A stretch of 62,330 nucleotides of DNA, the filler included, from Sphacelaria rigidula (taxonomy: Eukaryota): the NCBI GenBank assembly GCA_964200075.2. It is 8 parts of 8 records of this genome, joined end to end, with 100 filler letters (N's around TTAATTAATTAA, not from the genome) between each part and the next. Parts side by side here need not be neighbours in the genome. Positions count along the whole stretch, not along the records: positions 7,805 to 15,508 come from CAXNAA020013736.1; positions 15,609 to 23,312 come from CAXNAA020013737.1; positions 23,413 to 31,116 come from CAXNAA020013738.1; 5 more parts are not named here. One strand, given 5' to 3'. Both the position numbers and the translations under genes were made by a program. Shown here piece after piece: positions 13,101-25,090 of this stretch. Within the stretch, counting starts at the first letter, position 1; each line of letters begins with the position of its first letter. The notes beneath the pieces were generated by a model. It was not told the DNA's origin. It was given only the letters and a program-made list of their open reading frames with translations, and did no database searches.

Positions 13101-14598
13101 CCTCGTTCTCCGTTGACACGATGTACAGACGGGCGAGATAACGAAGGGAAGGAGGGGCTGAAGACAAAAAGACGCGCCCACAGACAGCAATAGGGCTGAA
13201 CCATGATACAGAGAAAAGCACGCATTACAACCCTCCCTCTGGATCATGGCCGCTACATTTTTGCGCCCAGAGAAATAACACCTGCTGAACAAGAACGGCA
13301 ACTTTCAGATGTCAACGAGGAAAAAATAAATTATTGCCACAAAAAAGTGGGGACAGTCCTCACCAGCACTTATGTAGAAAGCGGTACCATGTTAAATACG
13401 CATGACCCCCTCAAGTAATAAAAATGTTTCCAACGCCAGACCTCTTTTCGGAACATTATCGACGGCTGACCTCTACCCCCGATAATCTCAATACTGCAGC
13501 CGAGCAGTTCCTATCTGTTTGTGAACACCGGTCCCGATATCTGCTAGTCCGTGGGGCTGAACCCTGACGCAGGTATCGTGCCTAACCTCGGCACCCAAGC
13601 AGTTATTCGTTAGATATTTCCAGCGGTTGATGAAGCATCTGACGTCAAAGGGGTCCAAGAGTCAGAACGACCTCTCACTAGACAGTACCTGAGATGTTGG
13701 TCAAAACGGCGTGCCCACCACCTGTCGCGAGACAGCTGCAACAAACAAACTCGAACGAGAAGAACAGTCGCTCGCTTTCCGACGTGGTGACATTGAACTT
13801 TCACATTCGGGTGGGGTAAATAATACCTGGATTACTAGAGTTCTTTGACAACAGCAAGCCATACTGACAGCTACACACAGCCTCAGATCAAGTAGTCAAA
13901 ACATCCGCTAGCATCCCTCCCAGAGCATCGATGGGCTGCTGAGCGATGCCGCGATAACCCCCACACACATACAAAAGGAGCTGGTTTGCGGAGGCGAAAT
14001 TTATCTCTATATGCGAATCATAACTGAAAGAGCCGAGCACACCGAGCAGCTGGGAACTCCCACGCCTTGGATTGTTTCCACCAACGTCGCTAAAATGAGG
14101 CGCTCCATGTAGTTCGAAACCAACCAAATGGGCTGTGTGGCCATTTCTCCGCGTCACATATGGGGCTGCTTTGGGAGAGGGAGGGGGAGGGGGGGGGTAT
14201 CGCGGAATTACGCTGCTCTAACGGCTCTATCCTTGGATGGGGGTCACCAAATTGGGAACCCTTTAAAAAAGCGCTTTGACCGGCGGGAAATCGAGCACTT
14301 GAAACGTCTACGCCAACAGAACAGGATGCTCATTGGGTGCAAATGACCAAATGTTCTTTATCCGGCTCTTTTCACCTGCTTGCTGCTGCATGCCTTGTAC
14401 AGCGACATCATCACTCAGGAAATCCTGCGGGATGGTCGGCGGAGAGCTCTCCCGAGGCCCCCAAGAACCGAAAGCACGTTCCTGGGGACCGCACCCAAGC
14501 TCCACGGACGTGGGTTGCCGTGCATTGTCTTCGTATCCTTGGCCATATTCAGCGGAATTATCTCGGGGTGGGGGAGGCGGGACCATCCCGGCGAGGTC
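8991..14598 (-). CDS. 3' part of a multi-exon gene for a Gln/Pro/Ser-rich low-complexity protein ending ...QEDPFAGL*
   Basis: Exons with AG/GT borders: 14598-14376, about 12503-11407, 11108-10992 (tentative), 10401-10057, and 9371-8991 (stop TGA). Poly-Q from CAG/CAA runs, three KPSQ(L/M) repeats. No folded domain recognised. Confidence 0.7.
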
Positions 14599-14681
14599 CT
14601 GTATTCATGAAACGTATACGAAGAATTAGCCATTACATATTAGAGGGATTATATCACTTGCAATTGTTCTGAGATTCGTCG

Positions 14682-15450
14682 CCTGCAGACAGGTGTTCTT
14701 TCGCGGCATTTCTTCACTTGAGTTCAGAGTACATGTCATTCGGGGCCACTTTGTTCTCTGAAGCTCTGAGAAGCCAGCATTTCTTCTTTACTTGATTTTA
14801 GAGTACAATTTTTTACTGATTATACATATCAGCTTATTTTCTTGTATTTTGCTGGACATTAGGCTGTGTTCCGGTTCTGCTTGCGTTTCGAGTGCGTACG
14901 CTTCCCACGCTGTGTTCTGCATGGCGTTTTGACGTTGCGATGCGCCCCTTTGATGCATTTCCTTGCTGGACGTCTCCGTGGACCCTTTGACCGTCGGATA
15001 TGCTACCTCTCGAACGCACACAGGCCACATTCATTCGTGGAACCGGCATCGTTTTCCCTTGAAAATTGAATCGGCATCATGCTTAGCTGAATCGGAACTG
15101 TCTCAACGGCAGTGTGCCATCTCTCCCCGTGAGCATTTTATGATCTTGCCCGCATGTCGCGTGGTCTCGACTGTACTTCCCTTCCATTGTCACTGGACCG
15201 CTGTTGCAGCTGCTGCTACTCTACCGTACATGCGATTTTTTCATCATGAGGCGCTGAAAACAACGATTCTATTTTTCCAGATTTGAGTCGGCAGCCGGTC
15301 GCCCCAGTGGTGCAGTTGGTAACCTGGAAACTTCCTGACGGATGGGTCGTAGGTTCGAATCTCAGTGTAGTCACACAATCTGGGATTTTATCTCACACCA
15401 TGCCCAACAGTAGAGAGCGACCATGTCATGGGTAGACGAAATTCGACAAC
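14682..15450 (+). mobile_element. Composite repeat: about 600-bp non-coding segment followed by a tRNA-derived SINE head (family A)
   Basis: Colinear with the reverse complement of 21950-22894, starting at CCTGCAGACAGGTG. A-box TGGTGCAGTTGG (about 15308) and B-box GGTTCGAATC (about 15352). Confidence 0.75.
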
Positions 15451-15789
15451 TTGTGTGTGTTTTGGTTGGATGGGGGGGGGGGGGGGGGGGGGTTTTTTTT
15501 TTTTTTTTNNNNNNNNNNNNNNNNNNNNNNNNNNNNNNNNNNNNNNNNNNNNTTAATTAATTAANNNNNNNNNNNNNNNNNNNNNNNNNNNNNNNNNNNN
15601 NNNNNNNNGACGCCAACCCCATCAGGATCCGCCCCTACAAAGCCGGGACGGAGCACGCCGGGTTCTCGCCGGAAGGGGAGGAGACATAGCAGCCCGAAGC
15701 AAATAGACAAAGACCAACGCAGAAACGGGAAGAACAACCAAGCAAGGGAAAGTAGAAGTAAAAGCGACGGAGAGAGAACAGTAAACAAC

Positions 15790-18785
15790 ACGAGAGCAGG
15801 TAATGATTCAGAAAGGAAGTTAAGAATAGGATCGTGGAACGTGTGTGGGTTCGTCACAGACAAGCGCAAAAGAGAAGAGATAGCGCAACAAGTAAAAAAA
15901 CACGACCTAGACAATGTAGGAATCCAAGAGTCATGGGAGAAAGAGGGGGCGGAAATAGGATGCAAAGTTGAAGAGTACGCATGGATAGGGAAAAAGAGGA
16001 AGGGACAGGGGAGTAGGATTCTTAGTCCAGGAATACCTGTGTGATAGTATAGAAGTGATTAACGACACGAAATTCGACAGGCGCATATGGATGAGGGTAC
16101 CAGGAAAGCGGGGAACGGAGGACTTCTTCGTAGGGAACACCTACATGCCCCTGGAATCGAAGAGTAGGGCGAACGATATACAGCGGAGGTTTGGGGAGAT
16201 AGCAGCAGATGTACGTAAGTATGGAAGGCAAGAAGAAGTAATGTTAGTGGGAGATTTTATTGCATGAGTAGGAAGAGCAGGTCAACCGGATGATATCATT
16301 GGATAATACGGGGAAGATATGAAGAACACGAATGAGGTAGAAATGCTGAAGTTCCTCGAGCATAACGAGATGGAGACGCTGAACGACAGGTCACAATAGC
16401 CACAGGCACAATGGACATGGGCTAGAAAATGCAAAGGAAAAAAGAGAGAACGCTCCGTTCTTGACTATAGAGTGGTAGAGCATGGAAATAGTAAAGAAAT
16501 GGAAGTATATGTGCGCCCGGAGGACGTGGGAACCACAGAGCATTGCCTAATATGGACAGAGAGCCAAGAGACGAGAGCTACAAGAAATAGGCGGGGGAGG
16601 AAGTTGTATAGATGGAGAATCGTTAAAATAGATATCGAAGAAAAACGGCAGGAGTTCCAAGAAGCGATGGGCAAGAATGCAGTGGAGTTTTCCGAGCTGT
16701 TGGAACGCGTAGGTGTAGTTGAGACCGAAATGGAAAGAAACCGGGCAGGAGCGAAGATCATAGAAGGGTGGGAGCAGTTGGTCAAGCACACAGCGAGTAA
16801 AATCATGAAGGAGAAACTCATCGTATGCAACAGAGCAATGAAATGGTGGGATGGGGAAATGAAAGAGGCTATAAGCGTGAGGAGAGAAGCCCACGCGAGA
16901 TACATCTCGAGTGAAACTACGGCAGGATGGCAGGAGTATACTAAAGCTCGAAATGAAGTAAAGGAGATGGTACAGCAGAAAAATAGGGGAGTATGGGGAG
17001 ATGTAGTTTAGAAAACAAATTAATATTTCGATGGCGGGATGAAACAAATGTGGGGAGGAATAAAAGGGATAACGAGAAACCAGGCAGGAAATATGGACAA
17101 CGGGCAGAGAACGGTAAACTGATCAGTAGTTCGAAGGGAAAGAGTGAAGTGCTAGTCAAGCACTACCGTAAACCAGGAAGACCAACATTAAACACAGAGT
17201 TCGACATGGAATTCGGAAAAAAAATCAACGCGTGGGCAGAGGCAAATGAAGAGACGTCAAAACGGGAGGGTAGTGGCTCGAAAGATTGAAGAGGGAATAT
17301 TTTACAACGAGTTGCACAAGGATGTACGTTATCACCCACTTCGTTCAAAGTATTTTTTCATGCCTTGATATCAGCAGTAGAAGTAGCAAAGCAAGGGGTG
17401 AAGGTGGGTAAGAATATGTTATCAGGGTTCATGTTCGCAAATGATTCCGTGGGGATTTCAGGAACAGCAGAAGGATTACAGAAACAGATAGACAAGGCAC
17501 TAAAGTACACGAGGAAATGGAGAGTGACAGCGAACGTTAACAAATGCGTGGTACTCGTCTGTTACGAAGATGAGAAAAATCCGGTAGAGTTCAAATGGAA
17601 ATTGGGAGAATAGGAATTACCGATCGTAGACCAGTATACATACCTTAGCGTAGAGATCTCACAAGACTTTCTTGGGATGCACACAGAGACAAGGTAATAG
17701 AAAAGGGTAAGGCACAGATAGGCAAGTTGGACGTGATCCTCAGAGACACGCGCCTAGACACTAGGATAAAGAGATGCATCCTGATGAACGTGATCGTACC
17801 AAAGCTGGAATATGCAGGATAAGTATGGGAGAAAAACGTGACGTTGATGGAGAAATTGGAAACAGTGCAGATGGCAGCAGCTGAGAAAATACTTGAATGC
17901 TCGAAAACGACGAGTAGTATAGCATTGAGAGCAGAGTTGGGGATGTACTCACTTGAAAGAATACTCACTTGAAAGAAACAGAGACGTGAGGAAATTGCGA
18001 TGACAATGCAATTTAGAGAACATGCAGAGAGAAAGACTGCTAGCTATAGTTGATAAGGCTGCATGGAAGAAAATAACGAAAGGGCGGGCTGGAATATGGT
18101 GGGATCAATAAGTCGAGAAAGTGTGGTGGGGGACAGGAGGGAACCAAGACGAAATACTGTCCATAGATGAAGGCGCAAGGTACAAGACAAAGGTAAGAGA
18201 CATGATAGAAATAAGGGGAAAATGAGCGCTCAGACGCAATGTAGACCAGAAAGAACACCTGGAGATATACGGGGGGTTGAAAGAGGGAAAACATAATCGC
18301 ATGGTCTAATGGACGCGACGAAAAATCTGGAATTGCCATTTCGGGTGGGGGACCTGGACCTGCCAGAAAGAAGAAAGAGATTCACCAGTCGTCGAAAGGA
18401 GGAGGAAGCGGATGCACAGAATTGTCCCCGTGACAAAGCAATAGAGAGCAGAAGTCACGTAGTGGCAGAATGCGAACTATACAAGGAGGAATGGGACGTG
18501 CTAAAGAGAGAAATGCGAGACGTAAACGAAGGTGGCATGAAATCGTTTCATGCATTAGAGAGTAGGGAGAAAGCGATGACTATACTAGGAGATAGATGGT
18601 GGCCACAGACGGCGAAGCAGGACGGGGAAAAGATATGTAAAAGCTTTTTGTATAATGTATGGAAGAAACGTGATGAGTCCCGGAATGTTGGAGGTGTCTC
18701 TTTTAGGAGTAGGAACACTGCTCCGTCTCGGAAGAGGTGCGTGGTCAATGGTCAAACGACGAAGGCAAGCAGCAAGCGAGTACGC
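15790..18785 (+). mobile_element. Decayed non-LTR retrotransposon (LINE) ORF2: APE endonuclease, partial RT, C-terminal Cys/His motif
   Basis: APE motifs LRIGSWNVCG, GIQESW, MLVGDF, SVLDY. RT motifs VAQGCTLSP and MFANDSVG (FADD mutated). C-terminal CPRDKAIESRSHVVAECELY. Many stops and frameshifts; the N-terminal RT subdomains are missing near 17290. Confidence 0.92.
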
Positions 18786-19854
18786 CCCCCCCCCCCGCCG
18801 CCTCTCCACCGTAGGATGACTCCGCCATGACATGCGGCCGAAAATGTGTAAATCTGATTTTCATTTTCGTGGTCAAGTTTCCCCTCATAACGCTGCACTG
18901 ACGACACGTCGAAAAGAAGCCTTTCTGCCCCGAAATTCCGGGCGGATCACGAGCTTTCAGGGGGGTGACGGCCGTTTCAGACGAATTGACTGCCTTGGTG
19001 TATATCACAAAATGCGTCCCGTTCCGAACACATAATTGATGCCTACTTTCACGAATAAGTTGATCGCTGTCACGACGATCTCGATCGATTCGGTCGAGCG
19101 AAAGTATCCAAGAAAATGAACCGTAGGCTGTACACTTGCGGAATCCTCGAGAACCGGTGAGCCCGCAGCTCCTTCTAAATTGGTCCACCATGTTCTCGTG
19201 AAATTGAGAGTAGAGAGTTGATTGAGAGTGGGTTTGATCATTCGCTTCAACGGAACCAATTTCTTATTCTCCATGTGCTTTTTTCTGCCTGTGACACTGG
19301 TGTGTGCATACAGCTACCCGTCGATATCCCACTCAGAATGTCGAGGGCTTTAGTGGCAAGAACTTGCGGAAGAAAGCGCATCGGGTCTCGTGGAGGGTCA
19401 TTTAGGGACTGAGACTTTCTTTCAGGAATTGATCCCTCTTCACTTTTAATCGTATCTTCTGAGTCATGAAAACATTGTTGCGATCGTGGATTATTTACTT
19501 CTCGAAACTTGTGTCCTGTTCTCATTTTCTCGGTCGAAAGTATGCGATTACACAGATACCGCAATGAGATGTGATACCCGAAACGCCCGAAAAAAATTGC
19601 TGTGAAAAAATATTCTGTTCAAAAAGCTACATTGTTACATCACCGCTAGATCAAAGACAAAAACGCCTCAGCTCAGCGCAGCGAGCCGGTGACAGGTGCA
19701 AAAAACAGTTGTTTGCGCGATCGAGGGGCAATGGACCGGTATAGAAGTTATCGGGCGGTGGTCGTCCCACTCAAGTAAAGAAGTGCAGGGGTCAACACTG
19801 CTTCCACGATCACACCTGCGTTTCTGGCTTCTTCGTTTTATGCTGTGGTTATTG

Positions 19855-20460
19855 GTCGCCACGGTGGCTCAGCCGGTACTTCGACACCTTTGGACGGTTT
19901 AGGCTTGGCACGTGGGTACAAATCTCGGTGAAGTCATACGATCCGCGATTATTTCTCTCCGTCATACTCAACACTTGAGAGCGACCATGTCGCTGGTGTA
20001 GATTTCGACGAGGGAACAGGGTCGCTGAACCCTTCCAGCGATGAAAAGGAAGGCAAGCACCGCATGAGATGATGTGACGAAACAAAACAAATATGAATTA
20101 CTTCTTATGTGTGTGTTGACCTCCATCCTTTGTCACCCCGGTTGATGCGCCAACATAGACTAAGGTGCAGTGCAGATTAGACGGGATGGCAGCGCACCAA
20201 ACACACTAATGACGCCGTGGGATGTCAATTGAAATTTCGGTGCAGTCACACGATCTGCTATCTGTACAACAATGGAGGGCGACCGGTGAACACACACGAT
20301 TTGCCTACACGGTCGACGAGTTAAAGCGACGCTGGACACTGTTCGCGAAAAAAGTTGAATGTCAAGCAGAGCGTGGGGGATAAGACGAAAACCCCGCCCG
20401 TATATGTGGCCTCCCTCCTGTGTGCCCCGCCTGATGTGCCCACACGTAAGTGAAGGATGT
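19855..20460 (+). mobile_element. Two tandem, degenerate copies of SINE family A (about 19855-20165 and 20180-20460)
   Basis: Shared blocks: GGTGGCTCAG head, gtca(c/t)acgatc, gcgacc, cgctgaaccc..gcgatgaaaa..ggcaagcaccgca, and ccggYtgatgcg. The body blocks also occur at 59745-59905 and 61925-62095. Confidence 0.65.
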
Positions 20461-21697
20461 GGACTGATGTCTGTGGCGCCCCCCTCGCATAAATGTCATT
20501 TTTCGGCGACGATTTTCGATGCAAGTATTCTCGTTCTCTCTTGGAGTTGAAAAACAATCATGATCTGCCGGCATCAATTTGCTCGTAATTTACGGGGAGA
20601 ATGGAAGGGCAGCCGCAAATTCTTACTTTATTGATCACAACGCACGTACGCGATAGAAGGAGGACTGGTCACTGTGAGTGAACCAGACGTTTTTTCTGAT
20701 AAGTTTTTGGTTGTCTCGTCACGCCACGGGTTTGCGGCAAAAGATCGAGAACCCCGGCAGATGATCCCTCTTATTATAAGGCACCGTTGCTGACAAGCTG
20801 CGTACGCATATCATAACGAAGTTCATTTGATTAGATTCCACGTTGTGCGGAACCGCTGATTCAACCGCGATACCTATATATATATATATAAGATGTGCAC
20901 CGGGGCGAAGTATGTGTTGATCATTTGAGGCCTTGGATTCGGTCCCGTGGAACCTGAGGAGTAAATGTGATGGAACAGCAAAATGTGGACCACATGATTT
21001 CTGCTTGAGCGCAGACCTGCGGTCTCATACTATAGAGGACGAACTAAGGAGCATGAGATCTGGCAGCCCCCTTGCAGTCCCATCCATTATATATATATAT
21101 ACACACAAGAGGTTCTGCGGCTTCGCCGCCACGATCAGTAGATCGACAGCCAAGGTACATGAGCACCGGTGATAGCTGTGTGCGTTGTGTAATGACAAAG
21201 GTCATGCGTAGGTTGGAGAAGAAGCTGCAGCGGCTCATGGGCTGAACACGGTAGCAAATCTGGATCATGAATACTTTTATTGAGTGAAATTGATGCCACT
21301 TCAACAGATTACCTAATTTTCTCGCCGTCAAATAGTTGATGGAAAGCGGCGGGAAAATTTCGTCGTGTCTTCTGATTGTTTCATAAGCATGATGCCGGTT
21401 CGATTTTCATGTGAAATCGATGCCGATTCCATAAAAAAACTTATTTTGTTTCGTTTTCAGCCCGAAGAGCAACATGGATGATGAGTACGTACGAAGGCTG
21501 AACACAACGCATCACAATCAAAAGTGAACCTAAGGAACTGACCGCCCCCGCAAACCAAGAACCCATATAGTGGCAACGAATTTGATCATTTGACCGCCAT
21601 GATAGGTCATCTGTTGTTGAATCAGCATCAGTTACTTGGACTTCACAAAATAACGGCGTGGTCCAGATGATTTACCCTACGGGTCACAGTATTATAA

Positions 21698-21857
21698 CCC
21701 TTTTAGGACCGGATTCCCAGAAACACGTGATTTGCACGCAGGGGCCCTTGTATGAATCGACATCATTTTTAATCGTTTCCAACTAAAAACATTTCCGATT
21801 CATGGAAACGCCCCTGCGTGCGAACCACATTTTCCTGGGGTTCCGGTCCCAAAAGGG
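21698..21857. mobile_element. 160-bp MITE with TIRs of about 50 bp, piggyBac-like ends
   Basis: CCCTTTTAGGACCGGA...GCACGCAGGGGC and GCCCCTGCGTGC...TCCGGTCCCAAAAGGG. Flanks ATAA and TTCA are each one mismatch from TTAA. Confidence 0.75.
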
Positions 21858-21949
21858 TTCAAACGGTACAAATGAATTAAAGTCGAGACCATGCGATATT
21901 CATGCGTGATAGTTGTGTGCGTTACGTGTAACACAGGAGGCGGTCACCA

Positions 21950-22894
21950 CAGGAAATTCTGTGGTAGTTGCCTTACTTTTTCATCGCGAGAGGGGTTCGG
22001 CGGTCTCTTCCGCTCGTCGACCGTGAAACCGAATTCCGTCTACTCACGACATACTATAGTCGCCGTCCACTGTTGAACATGGTCTGAGATAAAATCCCAG
22101 ATCGTGTGACTGCACTAAGACTCGAACCGACGACCCAACCGCCATAAGGAATGGGGTTACCAACTGAGCCACCAGAGCAACCGTCTGCCGAACAAAATAT
22201 GAAAAAGAGAAACCGGCACCTCATGACGAAAAAAACGCATGTATGGCGGAGTAGAAGCAGCAGCAACAACAACAGTCCAGAGATAGGAAAAGGAAAGTAC
22301 AGTCGAGGCGATGCGACATGCGGGCAAGATCACAACATGCTCCCCGTGTGCGCCGAGATTGGACGGAGAGTCGCTCCGCACAGCCCATCCAACTGAGCAT
22401 AATTGATTCAATTTTCAAGTGAAAACGATACCGATTCCACGAAGGAATGCGGGACCTGTATACGGTAAGAGGTGGCATCTCCGACAAAGGGTCACAAAGA
22501 GACCCCGTTTCGCCGTAGTCTAAAAGCAAATGAAAAAAGTGCTGTCTCAGAGCTTCTGGGAACGATTCTGACAGAAAAAGTGAAAAACGGCGGAGCGATT
22601 GAAAGGCCTGTGTGCGGTGTGAGATGGACGCACGAAGGGCCTACCGCCACGGCGAGCGAAAAAAGGCGGAAAACACCATGCAGAACACTGCCCGGGAAGC
22701 GATGCTCCCGAAACCTCCTGAAGGGGAATCATGTAATGCTGCTTCGTCAGAGCTTGAGAGAACGAAGGGACCCCGTTTCGTTGTACTCTTAAATCAAGAG
22801 CAAATGTTCGCCTCTCTGAGCTTCTGGGAACGACCGAATGACCCCGTTTCGCCGTAGTCTAAAAGCAAGTGAAAAAAGTTCACCTGTCTGCAGG
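21950..22894 (-). mobile_element. Second copy of the composite repeat with SINE family A
   Basis: Reverse-complement match to 14682-15450. A-box at about 22159-22173, B-box at about 22118-22128. Three internal subrepeats of up to about 70 bp begin GACCCCGTTTCG (22501, 22770, 22840). Confidence 0.75.
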
Positions 22895-23512
22895 ACTCGC
22901 CAACGAAAATAAGATAAATACATGGGGCTGTGAACTGGCTGCTGTGGCCAGTCAAGTTTAAACTGGCCGCGCCAGCGGGCAGTACATCGATTTTACGATT
23001 AACTGCGAAACAATCGGCGGGTCGCGGCGAAGCCCGCGAGCCGTCAACGCCCCCCCCCCCGGCTGGTGAGGGGGCCCGGCCGGAGCGCTGCCGGAGGCGA
23101 GGAAAATTGCGTCATTTGGCTTGTTTTTCCTTCAAAAATGTGGAAAATTGTAGAAAATGTGACCCCCCACATTGAGGAGCTAAAAGTTTTAGATGACACA
23201 GGAGTGCCCAAAACAATACTCCGAGACCTTGTGTACCCCCCCCCCCCCCCCCGAAACCCCCGACACGAAAAAGAGGCGTAACAAAAGAAAAAAAAAAAAA
23301 AGAAAAAAAAAANNNNNNNNNNNNNNNNNNNNNNNNNNNNNNNNNNNNNNNNNNNNTTAATTAATTAANNNNNNNNNNNNNNNNNNNNNNNNNNNNNNNN
23401 NNNNNNNNNNNNCCCCCCCCTTTAGCACACTCCCTGGCTCACATCTGCTGCTCCCCCCCCCCCCCCACCCCCCCCCCCCCCCCCCCCCGTCTGTCCTGTG
23501 CCGTTACACCAG

Positions 23513-24228
23513 CCCCCGAAACCTGTGGCGGAGAAACCGCCCAAGTCCTCCGGAATGGCTGCGATGAAAATCGTCAAACTGGTGGCCAACCTGCGCTATC
23601 ATGCACCGGAACAAACAGAGACGCCGCCATTCACCCGTTGGAAGGTACGCCCACCCCTCGGCTCTGTCGCGATCCCCACAAAAATTCTATGGTCGGGGGT
23701 ACCAGCTATATCCACATTATACACTCCGTTCGGTGCTCCACCGTCTTCTGGTGATTTTTCGACTTATATGTCAGCTCCGCCACCGCCCGCCTTCCCCTGC
23801 GTGTCCCACACCACGAATCTGACCGAAACCGAAGCTCGATCTGTGGGAGAGCACATCGATGTGCGACGTCTGCTTCCGGCTCGTATCTCCGGGAGTGTCT
23901 TCTTTGTCCTGCTTGGTGTGCAACGTCGTCGTTCACGTGTCTTGCATGCAAAGGAGGCCAACATCTTCCGCCGGTCTCAGGATACAGCACGTGCACGATG
24001 TTTCCGGAAAGACCGTGAGTAGTCGCCGAGAAAAGTTGGGAAAGTGGGCAGGGGTGTTGAGTCGCGAGAACGGGCTGGGGCTACTCACACCGAAAGAGCA
24101 AGGAACCGATATGAATAAGGGGATTGCGGAGTGCGGCAATGACAGGGGCGAGGAGAGATGGGCAGATGAGCATCGGTGGCTGTGCTGGCACTGTGTTGAA
24201 GAGAGAGTGGCGCAAGAGTCGTACGGAG
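23513..24228 (+). CDS. Two exons (23513-23644, 23835-24228) of a PHD-finger-like protein
   Basis: In-frame splice ...FTRWK|LDLWESTSMCDVC-x11-CLVC-x4-HVSC...RWLCWHC gives a C4HC3 pattern with Trp two residues before the last Cys pair. Donors GTACGC and GTGCGT; CTGAC branch-like site before the 23834 acceptor. Confidence 0.7.
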
Positions 24229-24689
24229 GTGCGTCGTGTGTACATGATGGAAGTGCGGACGCGCGGGCTCGTGTGTGTGTGGTGTCCATGTCAATGCACG
24301 TGGAATCACCACATTAGTCCACGGGGCGACTTCATCGGCCGTTTTCCGGGGGCCCTTCACCTAGCGTGTTTTAATGGATAGGGTACAGAGGTGCTGGGAA
24401 AGTCATGGTCTGACCTACCCTGAGTAAGACCAACCGAGCAGTGTAGCGATGAGTGGCAGAAAGATTTGTACGTCGTCTCAAGCGTTTGACACGCGCTGTG
24501 CCCATCAAGCTCTCAGCGGGGGTTTACAATTTCGAAGGGGTGTGCAGGGAGGGGACACCGTTTGCGGCCGGCTGCTCCGTTACTACGCAGGATGACGTGA
24601 CTTGGGATATCGAGAAACCTATGTGCGTTAGGGGAAGGATTGTGAAGGTGTTGGAGACACATGAGCTTACTTCATCGCACCGCATTGTT

Positions 24690-25090
24690 CGACTGATTGG
24701 TTGATTGGTTGATTGTCGCACATTTATGGATCCACGAGGGAACCAGCCGTGGTCACATGACAGACGTACCAAAGGTGACCAGAACGGAAACCGTCGCAAA
24801 AGAAAAAAAAAATCGAGAAGAAAAAAAAAAGATGAACTAAACAATCGGAGTAAAACAAGAAACAAAAAAACAGGAGTGAAAGCTGACCGACGAAAAACAG
24901 AAGCAAATGAAACAAGAACAAAAACAAGCGGGAGAAGGGAAGGAAAGGAAAGGAAAGGAAAGGAAAGGAAAAAAACTAGAAAAATAATATAAACATGAAA
25001 CAAAGTAAAACAAACAACGAAATAAAGCAAACATTGGCTGGCCTCTGCAGCATGGCTCCAGGTAAAAAAGATCATGCGCCAAAATGTCAC
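24690..25090 (-). mobile_element. 3' end of a non-LTR element (T-rich UTR plus CAATCAAC tandem tail)
   Basis: Minus strand ends ...gaccacggctgg...gtgcgacaatcaaccaatcaaccaatc, preceded by pyrimidine-rich low-complexity sequence. Confidence 0.5.
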
